The translations under genes were made by a program, and so were the position numbers. A stretch of 64,000 nucleotides of DNA from a virus (lineage: Duplodnaviria > Caudoviricetes): positions 37,565 to 101,564 of the IMG/VR virus record IMGVR_UViG_3300037067_006044; one strand, given 5' to 3'. Positions 11,117 to 21,353 of the stretch are shown in pieces; position 1 is the stretch's first letter; each line of letters begins with the position of its first letter. Under the pieces are notes generated by a model. That model made no database searches, was not told the origin of the DNA, and saw only the letters and a program-made list of their open reading frames with translations.

Positions 11117-11304
11117 TATTCCTTATTTCTTAATAAATTAAAGTATTTAAATACATTTTTCAATAAATTTTTAATAGATTTATTCTTCAATATATTTTCT
11201 AAATCTTCAATTCGTCCATCAATATTTTCAGGAGTCATTTGTTCTGGAAAAGTTTGAAATTGCTTTAACATGTAAATTCTTTCTTTAATCTGTTCTTTTG
11301 TCAT
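11116..11304 (-). CDS. small hypothetical protein
   Basis: 62-aa ORF coupled to the phosphoesterase. Confidence 0.6.
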   Translation of the reverse strand: MTKEQIKERIYMLKQFQTFPEQMTPENIDGRIEDLENILKNKSIKNLLKNVFKYFNLLRNKE

Positions 11305-11382
11305 ATTTTTATTTTTATAATAATTTGTTTAAAAAGTGTAAATTGAATTTCATATAAAATACAATATATCAAATCTTTACTT

Positions 11383-11435
11383 AGAAAAAACCAACGACAT
11401 ATGTATATATAAAATATAAATTTATAAAAACGTCT
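11383..11435 (+). repeat. partial copy of dispersed ~120-bp repeat
   Basis: AGAAAAAACCAACGACATATGTATATA...AAAACGTCT also present at 42226-42346 (-) and 63240-63363 (+). Confidence 0.8.
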
Positions 11436-12198
11436 CATTTTTCATGTTTATTTTCTCATCTTTACATTTAAGAATATTGTCTTCTGATTCAAATATACCA
11501 TAATTTTCAATCATTTCAATTAATTCTTTTAAATATAAATTAAGATGATAAATATCAGTAGAAGATAATTGTTTTCTATTTATAAAATATGATAGTTGAT
11601 AATGATTTTCAAGCAATGTTTTCTTTTCATAAATTTCAATATCATACTTAACAAGAGAAATATTCTGAGCTATGTAGAATGCTAATACTTTCCAAATATC
11701 GACATCTTTCATATTTCTTTGATTAAATTCTTTTATAGAAGCGAAATCAATCTGTTTTAAAGCATCTAATTTCAAATAAAAATCATGACAACTATTAAGA
11801 ATTGGTTTAACTATTGTTCTATAATGACTTCTACTCAACATTGCAAGAATAGTTCTAACTGTTTTATAAATAGCTAATAATTTGCTTCTTTTAACCATCC
11901 CTTTAATTGGTAATTCATATTTCTGTTTATCTAAATGATTTTTATAAGTGATAAATAAACTATTGTTTAATGAATCAATCCAAGATTTAGGGTAAATAGT
12001 ATCAGAAATATAACCATTTTCTATAACAATAAGATTAGAATTCCAATTAAAATTATATTCCGTTTCTATTTGTTTTAAATATTGTTTTCTTTCTTCTTGA
12101 GTAGAAGACATTTGTTCTTTAGATATTTCAATTAAAACATCTAAATCTAATGAATCTTCTGAACCATAGAAGAAATATTTAAAAGGAAAATTATTCAT
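11422..12198 (-). CDS. putative nucleotidyltransferase-fold protein
   Basis: N-terminal FFYGSEDSLDLDV resembles the hGS...DxD Pol-beta-type motif with a short spacer. Confidence 0.45.
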   Translation of the reverse strand: MNNFPFKYFFYGSEDSLDLDVLIEISKEQMSSTQEERKQYLKQIETEYNFNWNSNLIVIENGYISDTIYPKSWIDSLNNSLFITYKNHLDKQKYELPIKGMVKRSKLLAIYKTVRTILAMLSRSHYRTIVKPILNSCHDFYLKLDALKQIDFASIKEFNQRNMKDVDIWKVLAFYIAQNISLVKYDIEIYEKKTLLENHYQLSYFINRKQLSSTDIYHLNLYLKELIEMIENYGIFESEDNILKCKDEKINMKNETFL

Positions 12199-12200
12199 AA

Positions 12201-12419
12201 TTAATCACTTCCTCTATTTATATGAGTAAATCCAAATTTAATTTCGTGTATTTCTGGTTCTGTATTTAATATCTTTTCTTTATCATGTTCCGACAAATAA
12301 TCATTTTCTAATAATGTTAATCTTGCAGATGTTGGATTAGTTGAAATTATTAAACAATTTCCTTCTCCATAACTACCATTTTTAACATCATTCCAAATAA
12401 AAATAAATAAATTTTCCAT
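12201..12419 (-). CDS. hypothetical protein
   Basis: 72-aa ORF behind a host-type promoter. Confidence 0.65.
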   Translation of the reverse strand: MENLFIFIWNDVKNGSYGEGNCLIISTNPTSARLTLLENDYLSEHDKEKILNTEPEIHEIKFGFTHINRGSD

Positions 12420-12452
12420 TGTTTTATTTTATTTATAATTAATTTTATTTTA

Positions 12453-12484
12453 CAAATATAATATTAATATTCTTAATAAACAAA
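12453..12484 (-). promoter_or_regulatory. Bacteroidota sigma70-type promoter
   Basis: TTTG-N20-TATATTTG. Confidence 0.7.
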
Positions 12485-12524
12485 TAATTTTTAAATTATT
12501 TTATATTTATATTAAAAATAAAAT

Positions 12525-13205
12525 ATGAACAAATTAATAAAAATAATAGATAAAATCATTATATCAGAAATAAAAAGTTCCGAAAAAATAAAAGTATTAA
12601 AGACAAAAAAGAGTTTTGAACAAATTAGAAATGAATATAAACTTTGGAGAAATGAAAAAAATACATATTTAAATATTTGGGATGATTATAGAAAAATATA
12701 TCCGGAAATAGATGAAGATAATTTTTATATTGGCACTGATGCTGATTTTGAATTAGTTTTAAAAGATGACAAAGGAAATTTATTAAATTCTTATGACGAT
12801 TATAAAAAATATTTTGATAATATTGGTGCCAAGGAAACATTATCTCCAACAAGCAGTAGTAGATATAAAGTTTATAAAGACGTTGTTTATCGATTTAGTG
12901 ATCATTGGGGTAGAGTTGCTTCATGTTATTGGAATATAGATTATGAATCAAAAGGATTTACTGTTGGTAAATGTCATTTAAAAGATTTTTCATTAAATGG
13001 AGGAGGATTTCTTTATAAAGCAATAGACATGAATAAAGTTAAATTAAAAAAAGAAGGAATATCAGAATTAAGAAAGCAATTAATTGATATTAAACAATTA
13101 TATATTTTTAAAGATTTAGCATTAAAAGAATTGCAAAAATACGAAGAAAATATAAATAAAGAGGAAGCAAAATTAAATAAAGATATAAAACATAAAAAAC
13201 TCTAA
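12525..13205 (+). CDS. hypothetical late protein
   Basis: 226-aa ORF preceded by TATATTTATA at 12502-12511; RFSDHWGRVASCYW motif. Confidence 0.75.
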   Translation: MNKLIKIIDKIIISEIKSSEKIKVLKTKKSFEQIRNEYKLWRNEKNTYLNIWDDYRKIYPEIDEDNFYIGTDADFELVLKDDKGNLLNSYDDYKKYFDNIGAKETLSPTSSSRYKVYKDVVYRFSDHWGRVASCYWNIDYESKGFTVGKCHLKDFSLNGGGFLYKAIDMNKVKLKKEGISELRKQLIDIKQLYIFKDLALKELQKYEENINKEEAKLNKDIKHKKL

Positions 13206-13256
13206 CTAAATTAAAAAATAATTAGAGTTTCTTTCTTTGTAAAAATTAATTAAAAC
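13196..13256. terminator. hairpin terminator, near-duplicate of 25646-25701
   Basis: AAACTCTAA...TTAGAGTTTCT followed by TTTGTAAAAATTAATTAAAA at a convergent junction. Confidence 0.65.
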
Positions 13257-13886
13257 TTATATTGTATTTGATTTTAATGACGATTCATTATATGATAATG
13301 CAATATTATCATAAATATAATTGTTAAAATCTAAATAATTTTTAGCTTTATATAAATCATTTAAATGAACAATAAAACAATCAACATCATGATAATAAAC
13401 ATTTATATTTAATTGTTTTAAATCATTAATTAAATTTAAAAATTCAGTCTGAAAAATATTTGGATTATCTAATTTTATATATAATTTATTAATTAATAAT
13501 GCACTTATTGTAGAATTTAATAGCAATTTTAATTTAAAACTATTATCAAAATCTTTATCTTTTTTAAATTCTTTTTGCAATTCTACTAATTCCATTAAAA
13601 CAGTTTCAAAATCAAAACAATTAAAATTAATAATATTATCATTTATAATTTTAAAAAATAATTGATTAATAGTTATTAAACAATATTCTGATTTGTCATA
13701 ATTTTTGGGTAATAAATTTAGTACTTTAAATTTTTCAAATGGAATTGACCTAATATTATTATTAATTGTTAATCCTAAATTAATATAAAATTGATTAATA
13801 TTTTCTACAGAAATTTCACTTTTCCAACTATTAAATGAATTTGGAAATTTTTTTAATAATTCAAAAACTAATTCTTTTTTTAACAT
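13257..13886 (-). CDS. degenerate family-B DNA polymerase palm-like protein
   Basis: KLKLLLNSTISAL resembles motif B (KxxxNSxYG) and VYYHDVDCFIV resembles motif C (YxDTDS). Confidence 0.5.
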   Translation of the reverse strand: MLKKELVFELLKKFPNSFNSWKSEISVENINQFYINLGLTINNNIRSIPFEKFKVLNLLPKNYDKSEYCLITINQLFFKIINDNIINFNCFDFETVLMELVELQKEFKKDKDFDNSFKLKLLLNSTISALLINKLYIKLDNPNIFQTEFLNLINDLKQLNINVYYHDVDCFIVHLNDLYKAKNYLDFNNYIYDNIALSYNESSLKSNTI

Positions 13887-13915
13887 ATCATTATTTATTT
13901 GATTATATAATTATT

Positions 13916-14308
13916 TTAAAATAAATTTTTAAGAAATTCTATTCCATCTGAATTATAAAGTTTTAAATTGCATATTTCTTTATTATACTTTCTACATTTA
14001 ATTATCCAATTCTTAGCAGTCGAAATATTTAATGATTCAAAATAATAATTCTTGCTATCTATTTGTGCTTTCATTGTTTCAGGATCAAACATTATCCATC
14101 CTTTCTCAAAAGTATTTGCTATCTGAATAGTATTAGATTTATTTATAATAATTTCTTTAATTTCTTCATTTGTAGGATTAAAAGAAAATAATTTATATCC
14201 TTTATTTAAAACATATGTTCCTAATATCAGATATTCTTTTTTCTTTTCTTCAACTTGCTCTATTTCATTTTTAAAAATAGAATCTGGTTTAATTATATCT
14301 AAATTCAT
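13916..14308 (-). CDS. hypothetical protein
   Basis: 130-aa ORF. Confidence 0.7.
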   Translation of the reverse strand: MNLDIIKPDSIFKNEIEQVEEKKKEYLILGTYVLNKGYKLFSFNPTNEEIKEIIINKSNTIQIANTFEKGWIMFDPETMKAQIDSKNYYFESLNISTAKNWIIKCRKYNKEICNLKLYNSDGIEFLKNLF

Positions 14309-14320
14309 TATACAGATATA

Positions 14321-14626
14321 TTATAATAAAAATAAATCAAATTTAAATTCATTTAAAATGTCTTTTAACATATCATCTATTTTTTGTCCATCGCCACATG
14401 TTTTATATCCACCTGTATAATATGTTAAAGTTTCTTTATTAGATATTAATCGTTCTAATACAGTTATACAAGTTCTTTTGTCTATTTTTAATAATAACTT
14501 ATTTTTTATATCATCTTTTGAATATTGTATAATGTCTAATTTTTTATTACATTCTAATAATCTTAAACACGATTCATTTAACAATGTTTCTCTATGTTCT
14601 AATTGCATTTCATATATACTTGCCAT
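14321..14626 (-). CDS. hypothetical protein
   Basis: 101-aa ORF. Confidence 0.65.
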   Translation of the reverse strand: MASIYEMQLEHRETLLNESCLRLLECNKKLDIIQYSKDDIKNKLLLKIDKRTCITVLERLISNKETLTYYTGGYKTCGDGQKIDDMLKDILNEFKFDLFLL

Positions 14627-14631
14627 AAATT

Positions 14632-15258
14632 TTATTTTAAATAATTATTTAACTTTCTTATTGCATTCTCTTTATTAAAAGCAAAAATAAAGATATAATG
14701 AGATTCTCCATAAACAAATTCATGTTCATTAATAAATTCATTCTTATCTATATCATAAATAAACTTATTTCCTTTAGAACCCAATTTTACTATTGAATTA
14801 TGAATTTCAATTTTCTTGTTTTGTTCTTCAATTTTCTTGTTTTGAATTTCTTCTAATTCTTTTTCAATCTCAATCATTTTATCGGTTTGATATTTACTAC
14901 AATTAAACCATCTATCATAATGATTATATTTATGTGAAAAATAAACTCTTTCTATTCCATCTTTATCTATCAAAATAGAATTAAGAGTAGATTCCTTACT
15001 TGGTACTAATTTCCATCCTTCTGGAATTATTACTTCTATAAAATCTTTATCAATAAAATTTCCAAATATAAATCCTTCTTTCTCTAACTCATATAATGGA
15101 AGATTAGAAATAGGAAATAATGAACCAGAACAAAATTCCAATTGTTTTTCTTTTTCAAACTGAATTGTTTTATTAGCGTTTTCTTGTGCTAATAAAGTAG
15201 AAATGAATCCTAATCCAAATTGTGATAATTTATTCATGATTTTAAGTTTATTTAACAA
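14632..15258 (-). CDS. hypothetical protein
   Basis: 208-aa ORF; true start may be the second Met. Confidence 0.75.
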   Translation of the reverse strand: MLNKLKIMNKLSQFGLGFISTLLAQENANKTIQFEKEKQLEFCSGSLFPISNLPLYELEKEGFIFGNFIDKDFIEVIIPEGWKLVPSKESTLNSILIDKDGIERVYFSHKYNHYDRWFNCSKYQTDKMIEIEKELEEIQNKKIEEQNKKIEIHNSIVKLGSKGNKFIYDIDKNEFINEHEFVYGESHYIFIFAFNKENAIRKLNNYLK

Positions 15259-15664
15259 ATATCTTTACAATTCTTGTATATTCTTTAATAGAAATTTCTT
15301 CATATTTTATTCTTATAATATCATTCCAATGTAACTTAAATGATTGAATAGTACCTTTTTCATCTATAAAAGTAATTAAATATTCCGAAGTACTATACCC
15401 ATTATAAAAATTAACACCATAAGAATAATGGTAATAATCATCATCACCAACAGTTGTGGTTCTTGATTTACTGAATAAAGCATAATATATTTTTTCTTTA
15501 ATTAGAAGTTTAAATGCTTTATTCTGTAGAAATTTAAAATATCTATCAATGAATATTTCTTTTTCATTTCTTCTTGGTTCTTTAGAATCTGATGCTATTC
15601 CTCTTTCTTTTTTATCAAGAGTTTTGTCAATTCTCTGTAACCATTTAATATCGATTTCTTTCAT
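15248..15664 (-). CDS. hypothetical protein
   Basis: 138-aa ORF behind a host-type promoter. Confidence 0.7.
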   Translation of the reverse strand: MKEIDIKWLQRIDKTLDKKERGIASDSKEPRRNEKEIFIDRYFKFLQNKAFKLLIKEKIYYALFSKSRTTTVGDDDYYHYSYGVNFYNGYSTSEYLITFIDEKGTIQSFKLHWNDIIRIKYEEISIKEYTRIVKIFVK

Positions 15665-15686
15665 ATTTTATACTTTTTAATTTCTA

Positions 15687-15718
15687 CAAATATAATAACA
15701 ATAAAATTAATAAACAAA
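15687..15718 (-). promoter_or_regulatory. Bacteroidota sigma70-type promoter
   Basis: TTTG-N20-TATATTTG. Confidence 0.7.
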
Positions 15719-15758
15719 TTATTTTTATTATATTTTTAAAAACTTAAAATAATAATTT

Positions 15759-17453
15759 ATGGTAATTTGCAAAATTTGTAATGAAGAATTTGAAAATTAT
15801 GCTTTCTTATCTTCACACATTAGATTTAAACATAAAATGACTTCTTATGATTATAGTTTGAAATACGATTATAATGGAGAAATTCATAAATGTAAGTGTG
15901 GGTGTGGTCAAGAAACTAAATGGTTTAATATCAATATCGGTTTTTATGATTTTGTAAAAGGTCATGACAATACTTTTAGACATCAACAATTATTAATTAA
16001 AAAAGTTTGTATTATTTGTGGAACAGAATTTAAAACAAAAAATAAAGATAAAGTTATTTGCACTAAAAGAGAATGTTATCAAAAAGATTTATATAATAGA
16101 ACTCACGAAATAAGAACTTGTCCTTGTGGAGAAAAATTCGAATGTTCTAAAACATCACCTCAAATATATCATTCTTTTGAATGTAGTAGAAAAGACCCAG
16201 CAATGTGGGAAAAAATGAGACAAACATTAATTGAAACATATGGTGTTGACAATTATTCTAAAACAGAAGAGTTTAAAGAATGTGCAAGAGAAAATTCATA
16301 TTTTAAAACAGAGGAATTTCAAGTAAAAGCTAAGAAAACAAAAGAAGAACGATATGATGATGAAAATTATAATAATAGACCAAAAGCAGTAAATAGTAAT
16401 TTAAAATTTTATTTTAATAATTTATTTACTTCTGATAGATTAAAGAACTTGGTTACTCCATTATTTACTATTGATGATTATAAAGGAGTAGATAAAATAT
16501 ATCAATTTAAATGTAATAGATGCGATAATATATTTGAATCCAATTTATTTCATATTCCAAGATGTTTAGAATGTTTTCCATTTAAAAAAAATACATCTGA
16601 AGGAGAGATTGAATTATTTAATTATATTAAATCATTAATTCCAAATGAAAATATTATACAAAACGATATAAAAACATTACCAAATAATTTAGAAATTGAT
16701 ATATATATTCCTAATTTAAATATTGCATTTGAATATAATGGAATATATTGGCATAGTGCAAAATTTAAAAATTATAATTATCATAAATGGAAATATGAAA
16801 AATGCAAAGAACAAAATATTCAATTAATTCAAATATTTGAAAATGAATGGATTTTTAAAAAAGAAATTGTAAAGTCAATTATTAAAAACAAATTAAAATT
16901 AATAAAGAATAAAATATATGCGAGAAAATGTGAAATTAAAGAAATAAATAGTCAAGAATCAAATAGTTTTTTATTTGATAATCATATTCAAGGAATAGTA
17001 AACACACAATATAAATTCGGATTATTTTATAATGACAAATTAATTTCATTGATGACAATTGGAAAATCAAGATTTGATAAAAAATATGAATATGAAATAA
17101 TACGATTCTGTAATAAAATAAATTATTCTATTATTGGTGGATTTAATAAACTTTTATCTTATTTCATTAAAACATATAATCCAAATTCTATAATCAGTTA
17201 TGTTGATAAAAGATATTTTACTGGGAATATGTATAATCAAACAGATTTTAAATTAATAGAATCATATAATAAACCAAATTATTTTTATTTTAAAGGATAT
17301 GAAATGTATAATAGAATTGAATTCCAAAAACATAAATTAAAAGATAAATTAGAAATATACGATGAAAATCTAACAGAATGGCAAAATATGGAATTAAATG
17401 GATATAATAAAATTTATGATTGTGGAAATTTTAAATATGTCTGGGAAAAATAA
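15759..17453 (+). CDS. Hef-like free-standing homing endonuclease (Zn fingers, PD-(D/E)xK/DUF559-like nuclease, C-terminal domain)
   Basis: C2H2 and CKCGCG fingers; EIDIYIP...AFEYNGIYWHS; KIYARKC...NHIQG...YDCG. Confidence 0.85.
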   Translation: MVICKICNEEFENYAFLSSHIRFKHKMTSYDYSLKYDYNGEIHKCKCGCGQETKWFNINIGFYDFVKGHDNTFRHQQLLIKKVCIICGTEFKTKNKDKVICTKRECYQKDLYNRTHEIRTCPCGEKFECSKTSPQIYHSFECSRKDPAMWEKMRQTLIETYGVDNYSKTEEFKECARENSYFKTEEFQVKAKKTKEERYDDENYNNRPKAVNSNLKFYFNNLFTSDRLKNLVTPLFTIDDYKGVDKIYQFKCNRCDNIFESNLFHIPRCLECFPFKKNTSEGEIELFNYIKSLIPNENIIQNDIKTLPNNLEIDIYIPNLNIAFEYNGIYWHSAKFKNYNYHKWKYEKCKEQNIQLIQIFENEWIFKKEIVKSIIKNKLKLIKNKIYARKCEIKEINSQESNSFLFDNHIQGIVNTQYKFGLFYNDKLISLMTIGKSRFDKKYEYEIIRFCNKINYSIIGGFNKLLSYFIKTYNPNSIISYVDKRYFTGNMYNQTDFKLIESYNKPNYFYFKGYEMYNRIEFQKHKLKDKLEIYDENLTEWQNMELNGYNKIYDCGNFKYVWEK

Positions 17454-17463
17454 TTATATAAAT

Positions 17464-17497
17464 AAAAAATTCCAATATTTAATTATATTGGAATTTA
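17464..17497. terminator. bidirectional hairpin terminator
   Basis: AAATTCCAATAT...ATATTGGAATTT between convergent genes. Confidence 0.6.
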
Positions 17498-17506
17498 AAG
17501 TTTATT

Positions 17507-18427
17507 TTACAAATTTTTGAGTTCTTCTATTTTATCCAATAAAGTTTTTATAACTTTTTCTGGATCTTTTTTTATATCATATTCCCAAAATCTGAGTAAA
17601 TGATAATTATAATCTTTTGCTATTTGATTTTTAACTATATCGTGTTCCATTGTGTGTTTTTGAATATCGTATAATTTTTTATTGTTATCATTAGTTAAAG
17701 GATTATAATGATAAAAATCTCCGTCTACTTCTATTAATAATTTTGTGTCTTTAATTAAGAAATCATATAAATAATTTCCGACATTGACTTGAAATTCAAA
17801 ATCTAAATTGTTATTTTGTAACATTTCTATAAATGTTAATTCTAATCCACTTATTTTATTATTAAATCTTGTTTTATGATAATTTACCAATGCTTCTCGT
17901 TGTTTATCTCGGCTTTCTTGTTTACCCCAATATTCTTGTATTCCTTTAGTTATTTTAGATTGATGTTCTTCAGTTCTAATTCTGCCAGTCAATTTATCAG
18001 ATATTTTTTTACATCGTTCTGGATTTGTTAATACATCATTCATTTTATTATATCCATTTTCATCTTCAAAATGTTTAATATATTCTTCTCCTTTCATTCC
18101 TTTATTCCAAGGTTCTATCTTACCTTCTTTCCATAATTGTTTTCTTGTTTTAGCAGATTTATCTTTAGATTCTTGAGTTAAAAATGGACATTTAATTGTT
18201 GCTACATGTCCTTGTTTCCATTCTGCAAATCCATGATTATTATATGTAGTTCTTTCGCCACATCCACATTTACAAGTTGGATAAACTCCATTTAAATAAA
18301 AATCAACATAAAAATCTTCTTTTGACATTTCATGAAGTTTTCTCATGTGTCGTTTCAATGATTCAACAGTTTTAAAACTTTTGTTGCAGATTTTACAAAT
18401 AAAAATGTTTTCTTCTTTACTTTCCAT
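17507..18427 (-). CDS. DUF559/Vsr-like homing endonuclease with C2H2 finger and NUMOD3-like repeats
   Basis: CKICNKSF..H...H, CKCGCG, YDF...LIEVDGDFYH...D..KN....LLRFWE. Confidence 0.85.
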   Translation of the reverse strand: MESKEENIFICKICNKSFKTVESLKRHMRKLHEMSKEDFYVDFYLNGVYPTCKCGCGERTTYNNHGFAEWKQGHVATIKCPFLTQESKDKSAKTRKQLWKEGKIEPWNKGMKGEEYIKHFEDENGYNKMNDVLTNPERCKKISDKLTGRIRTEEHQSKITKGIQEYWGKQESRDKQREALVNYHKTRFNNKISGLELTFIEMLQNNNLDFEFQVNVGNYLYDFLIKDTKLLIEVDGDFYHYNPLTNDNNKKLYDIQKHTMEHDIVKNQIAKDYNYHLLRFWEYDIKKDPEKVIKTLLDKIEELKNL

Positions 18428-18545
18428 AATATATAAATTAAATTGTTATTTATATATAAATATAAAATAAAAAAGAAAACATTTAAATATAATAATGAAA
18501 TACTATATTCTAATTATAAAATTACAATATAATATATAAACACAA

Positions 18546-19040
18546 TCAAAAATTAAGTATCGGAAAATTGTACTTGAGAACAACTGACACTATTAATAGA
18601 TCTCCTTCTGAAGCATACTCCATATCTCCAAAATCAATACTTTTAGGCCACGCTCCTTTTAAAGTCCAGGATTCACAAATTCCTCCAACAGGGTCTAAAA
18701 CATTAATTGTTACATCTTTTGCGAAAAAATCAAAATAGCCATCTCTCCCTGTGATACTTTCATGAGATAATCTTAGCCACTCCATCATAATTTGTGCTCC
18801 ACTTGGAACAATAGGATCCCAAAGTTCAATTGCACATTCACTACTCCATTTTGATTTTCCTTTAGCATATCTTGAAACGTTGATGTGAGGAATCTCTATT
18901 TCGGTTGTTTCAATACTTGGTCTTGTTGTTTTTCTAATCAAGTAAGTTGGGACACCATCTATCTCCATGATAAAACGGTTTCGTAATTTTGGTTCCCATT
19001 GAGTATAAAATAATTCATTAGGATCTACAAATTCTGCCAT
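18546..19040 (-). CDS. T4 gp19-like tail tube protein
   Basis: EPKLRNRF...RPS...W...WTLKGAWPKSIDFGDMEY pattern; 164 aa; TATATTTATA upstream. Confidence 0.88.
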   Translation of the reverse strand: MAEFVDPNELFYTQWEPKLRNRFIMEIDGVPTYLIRKTTRPSIETTEIEIPHINVSRYAKGKSKWSSECAIELWDPIVPSGAQIMMEWLRLSHESITGRDGYFDFFAKDVTINVLDPVGGICESWTLKGAWPKSIDFGDMEYASEGDLLIVSVVLKYNFPILNF

Positions 19041-19170
19041 AATATATTTAGTTTTAAGTTAATATTTTTCATGTTGTTTTTATTTATAAATATAAATTTA
19101 ATAAATTTTTATTATGTGATTTATTTTTTATATTTTTGTTTATTATAAATATAAGATTTAAAAATAATTT

Positions 19171-20979
19171 ATGAAATGTAAATTTTGTCAAGAAGAAATT
19201 AAAGAAGGAAAAGAATATTGTAATAGAACATGTTTTAATAATCACAGAAAAGAATTATATTATAAAATTGTAAAATGTTTAAATTGTACTAATACAATAC
19301 AAATAAAAAAAACAAATAATCATACTAAATTCTGTTGTAATAATTGTAAAAAAGAATTTGCAAATAAACAATATAAACACAAAAAAATATGCAAAAACTG
19401 CAGCAGAGAATTTGAATTATATAAATCAGAAACATTGATATTTTGTTGTCATGCTTGTAGATGCGAATATGATAGAAAACAATTTAGAGAAGACAGAATT
19501 TGTAAAAAATGTGGAAACACATTTAACACATTTAAAAGTAGTGATCAAGAATTTTGTACTCATGAATGTTATATTGAATATATAAAAGAAATAACAAAAA
19601 TAAAATATGATACAGAATTTTCAAATTGTTTATTATGTGGAGAAAAAATAAGATTAAATGAAAAATTTTGTTGTAAGGCACATAAAGAAAAATATTATTC
19701 ACAAAAAAGCAGAGAAATAAGAATATGTGAATGTGGTAGAGAATTTGAAGTGTATAAAAAAGATTCAAAATTTTTATGTTCTGATGAATGTCAAAAAAAA
19801 TATATTCTAAAACCAGAAGTTTTGGATAAGATAAAAGAAAAACGTGCAATCACTTCTAATTTCAATAATTATAATGCAAGAATAGACAAAATAAAATCTT
19901 TAAATTTATTTGATTTTGATTGTTCGGAAGAAGAGTATAAATCCAATAAAAATATTAAATTAAAATGTAAAAAATGTGGATATGAATTTGAAGAAAAAAT
20001 TAATTTAAATCATTTGCCAAGTTGTATAAAATGTAATCCTATTCCATATATATTATCTAAACCAGAAGAAGAATTAAGTGATTATATACATTCTATAATA
20101 AATAAAAATATAATAGAAAATAAAAGAACAATTATAAGACCTTTAGAATTAGATTTTTATCTACCAGATTATAATTTAGCTATTGAATTTGATGGTTGTT
20201 ATTGGCATAGTGAAATTCATGGACATAAAGATAAAAAATATCATATTAATAAAACTAAAATGTGTGAATCCCAAGGAATTCAATTAATTCATATATTTGA
20301 TGATGAATGGACAAATAAAAAAGAAATAATTAAAAACACAATAAAACATAAATTAAATTTAAATAATACAGATAAAATATATGCAAGAAAATGTATAATT
20401 AAAGAAATAAATTCAAAAACAAAAAATACATTTTTAAATAATAATCACATTCAAGGAGAAGATAAAAGTAAAATTAAACTCGGATTATTTTATAATGATG
20501 AATTAGTTGCAGTCATGACTTTTGGAAAATTGCGATTAGCATTAGGAAATAAAACATCTAATATTAATGAATATGAGTTAATAAGATTTGCAACATCTAA
20601 AACAATTATTGGTGGATTTAGTAAATTATTGTCTTATTTTATTAAAACATATAATCCAATTAAAATAACAACTTATGCTGATAAAAGATGGAGTAATGGA
20701 AATGTTTATATTAAAAACGGATTTAATCTTATACATGAAACTCAACCAAATTATTGGTATATGAAAAATTATAGTATTAGAGAACATAGATTCAAATATA
20801 GAAAATCAGAATTACCTAAATTATTAACAAATTATAATTCGGAATTAACTGAATGGGATAATATGCAATTAAATGGATATGATAGAATTTGGGATTGTGG
20901 TTCATTAAAATTTGAAATGAATATCTCTCAACTTAATACTTCTGATAAAAATAATATTAACAAGCTATTCGAATTTTAA
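19171..20979 (+). CDS. Hef-like free-standing homing endonuclease, paralog of 15759-17453
   Basis: Many CxxC...FCxxxC treble-clef repeats; ELDFYLP...AIEFDGCYWHS; KIYARKC, NHIQG, WDCG; ends KLFEF. Confidence 0.85.
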   Translation: MKCKFCQEEIKEGKEYCNRTCFNNHRKELYYKIVKCLNCTNTIQIKKTNNHTKFCCNNCKKEFANKQYKHKKICKNCSREFELYKSETLIFCCHACRCEYDRKQFREDRICKKCGNTFNTFKSSDQEFCTHECYIEYIKEITKIKYDTEFSNCLLCGEKIRLNEKFCCKAHKEKYYSQKSREIRICECGREFEVYKKDSKFLCSDECQKKYILKPEVLDKIKEKRAITSNFNNYNARIDKIKSLNLFDFDCSEEEYKSNKNIKLKCKKCGYEFEEKINLNHLPSCIKCNPIPYILSKPEEELSDYIHSIINKNIIENKRTIIRPLELDFYLPDYNLAIEFDGCYWHSEIHGHKDKKYHINKTKMCESQGIQLIHIFDDEWTNKKEIIKNTIKHKLNLNNTDKIYARKCIIKEINSKTKNTFLNNNHIQGEDKSKIKLGLFYNDELVAVMTFGKLRLALGNKTSNINEYELIRFATSKTIIGGFSKLLSYFIKTYNPIKITTYADKRWSNGNVYIKNGFNLIHETQPNYWYMKNYSIREHRFKYRKSELPKLLTNYNSELTEWDNMQLNGYDRIWDCGSLKFEMNISQLNTSDKNNINKLFEF

Positions 20980-20998
20980 TATATGTATAAAAAAAGAT

Positions 20999-21346
20999 AT
21001 GATTTGTCAATTTTGTGGTAAAGATACAAGAAAGAATAGCAAAGATTACTATATGCTTACTCCGGAATTATGGGGTATTATAACTCGTGATTTAAATGGA
21101 TTTATGTGCATGGATTGTGTGGAAGATAAATTAGGAAGAAACCTTCAAAGAGAAGATATTACAGCATGTCCACAAAATGTTTTTAATAATCTTTATACTT
21201 CTTTACTTTTTAAAGAATATGAAATACATGAAGCTATATTAGAATGTGAAAGACGAGATTTAGAATGGAAAATTAAATTAAAACAAATCAAAGAAGAAAA
21301 AGAATTAAGAAAATTAGCAAGAATAAATAAAAAAATAAGCAAATAA
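20999..21346 (+). CDS. hypothetical Zn-binding protein
   Basis: CQFC...YML...LW...CMDCVE..LGR. Confidence 0.7.
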   Translation: MICQFCGKDTRKNSKDYYMLTPELWGIITRDLNGFMCMDCVEDKLGRNLQREDITACPQNVFNNLYTSLLFKEYEIHEAILECERRDLEWKIKLKQIKEEKELRKLARINKKISK

Positions 21347-21353
21347 ATTAAAT

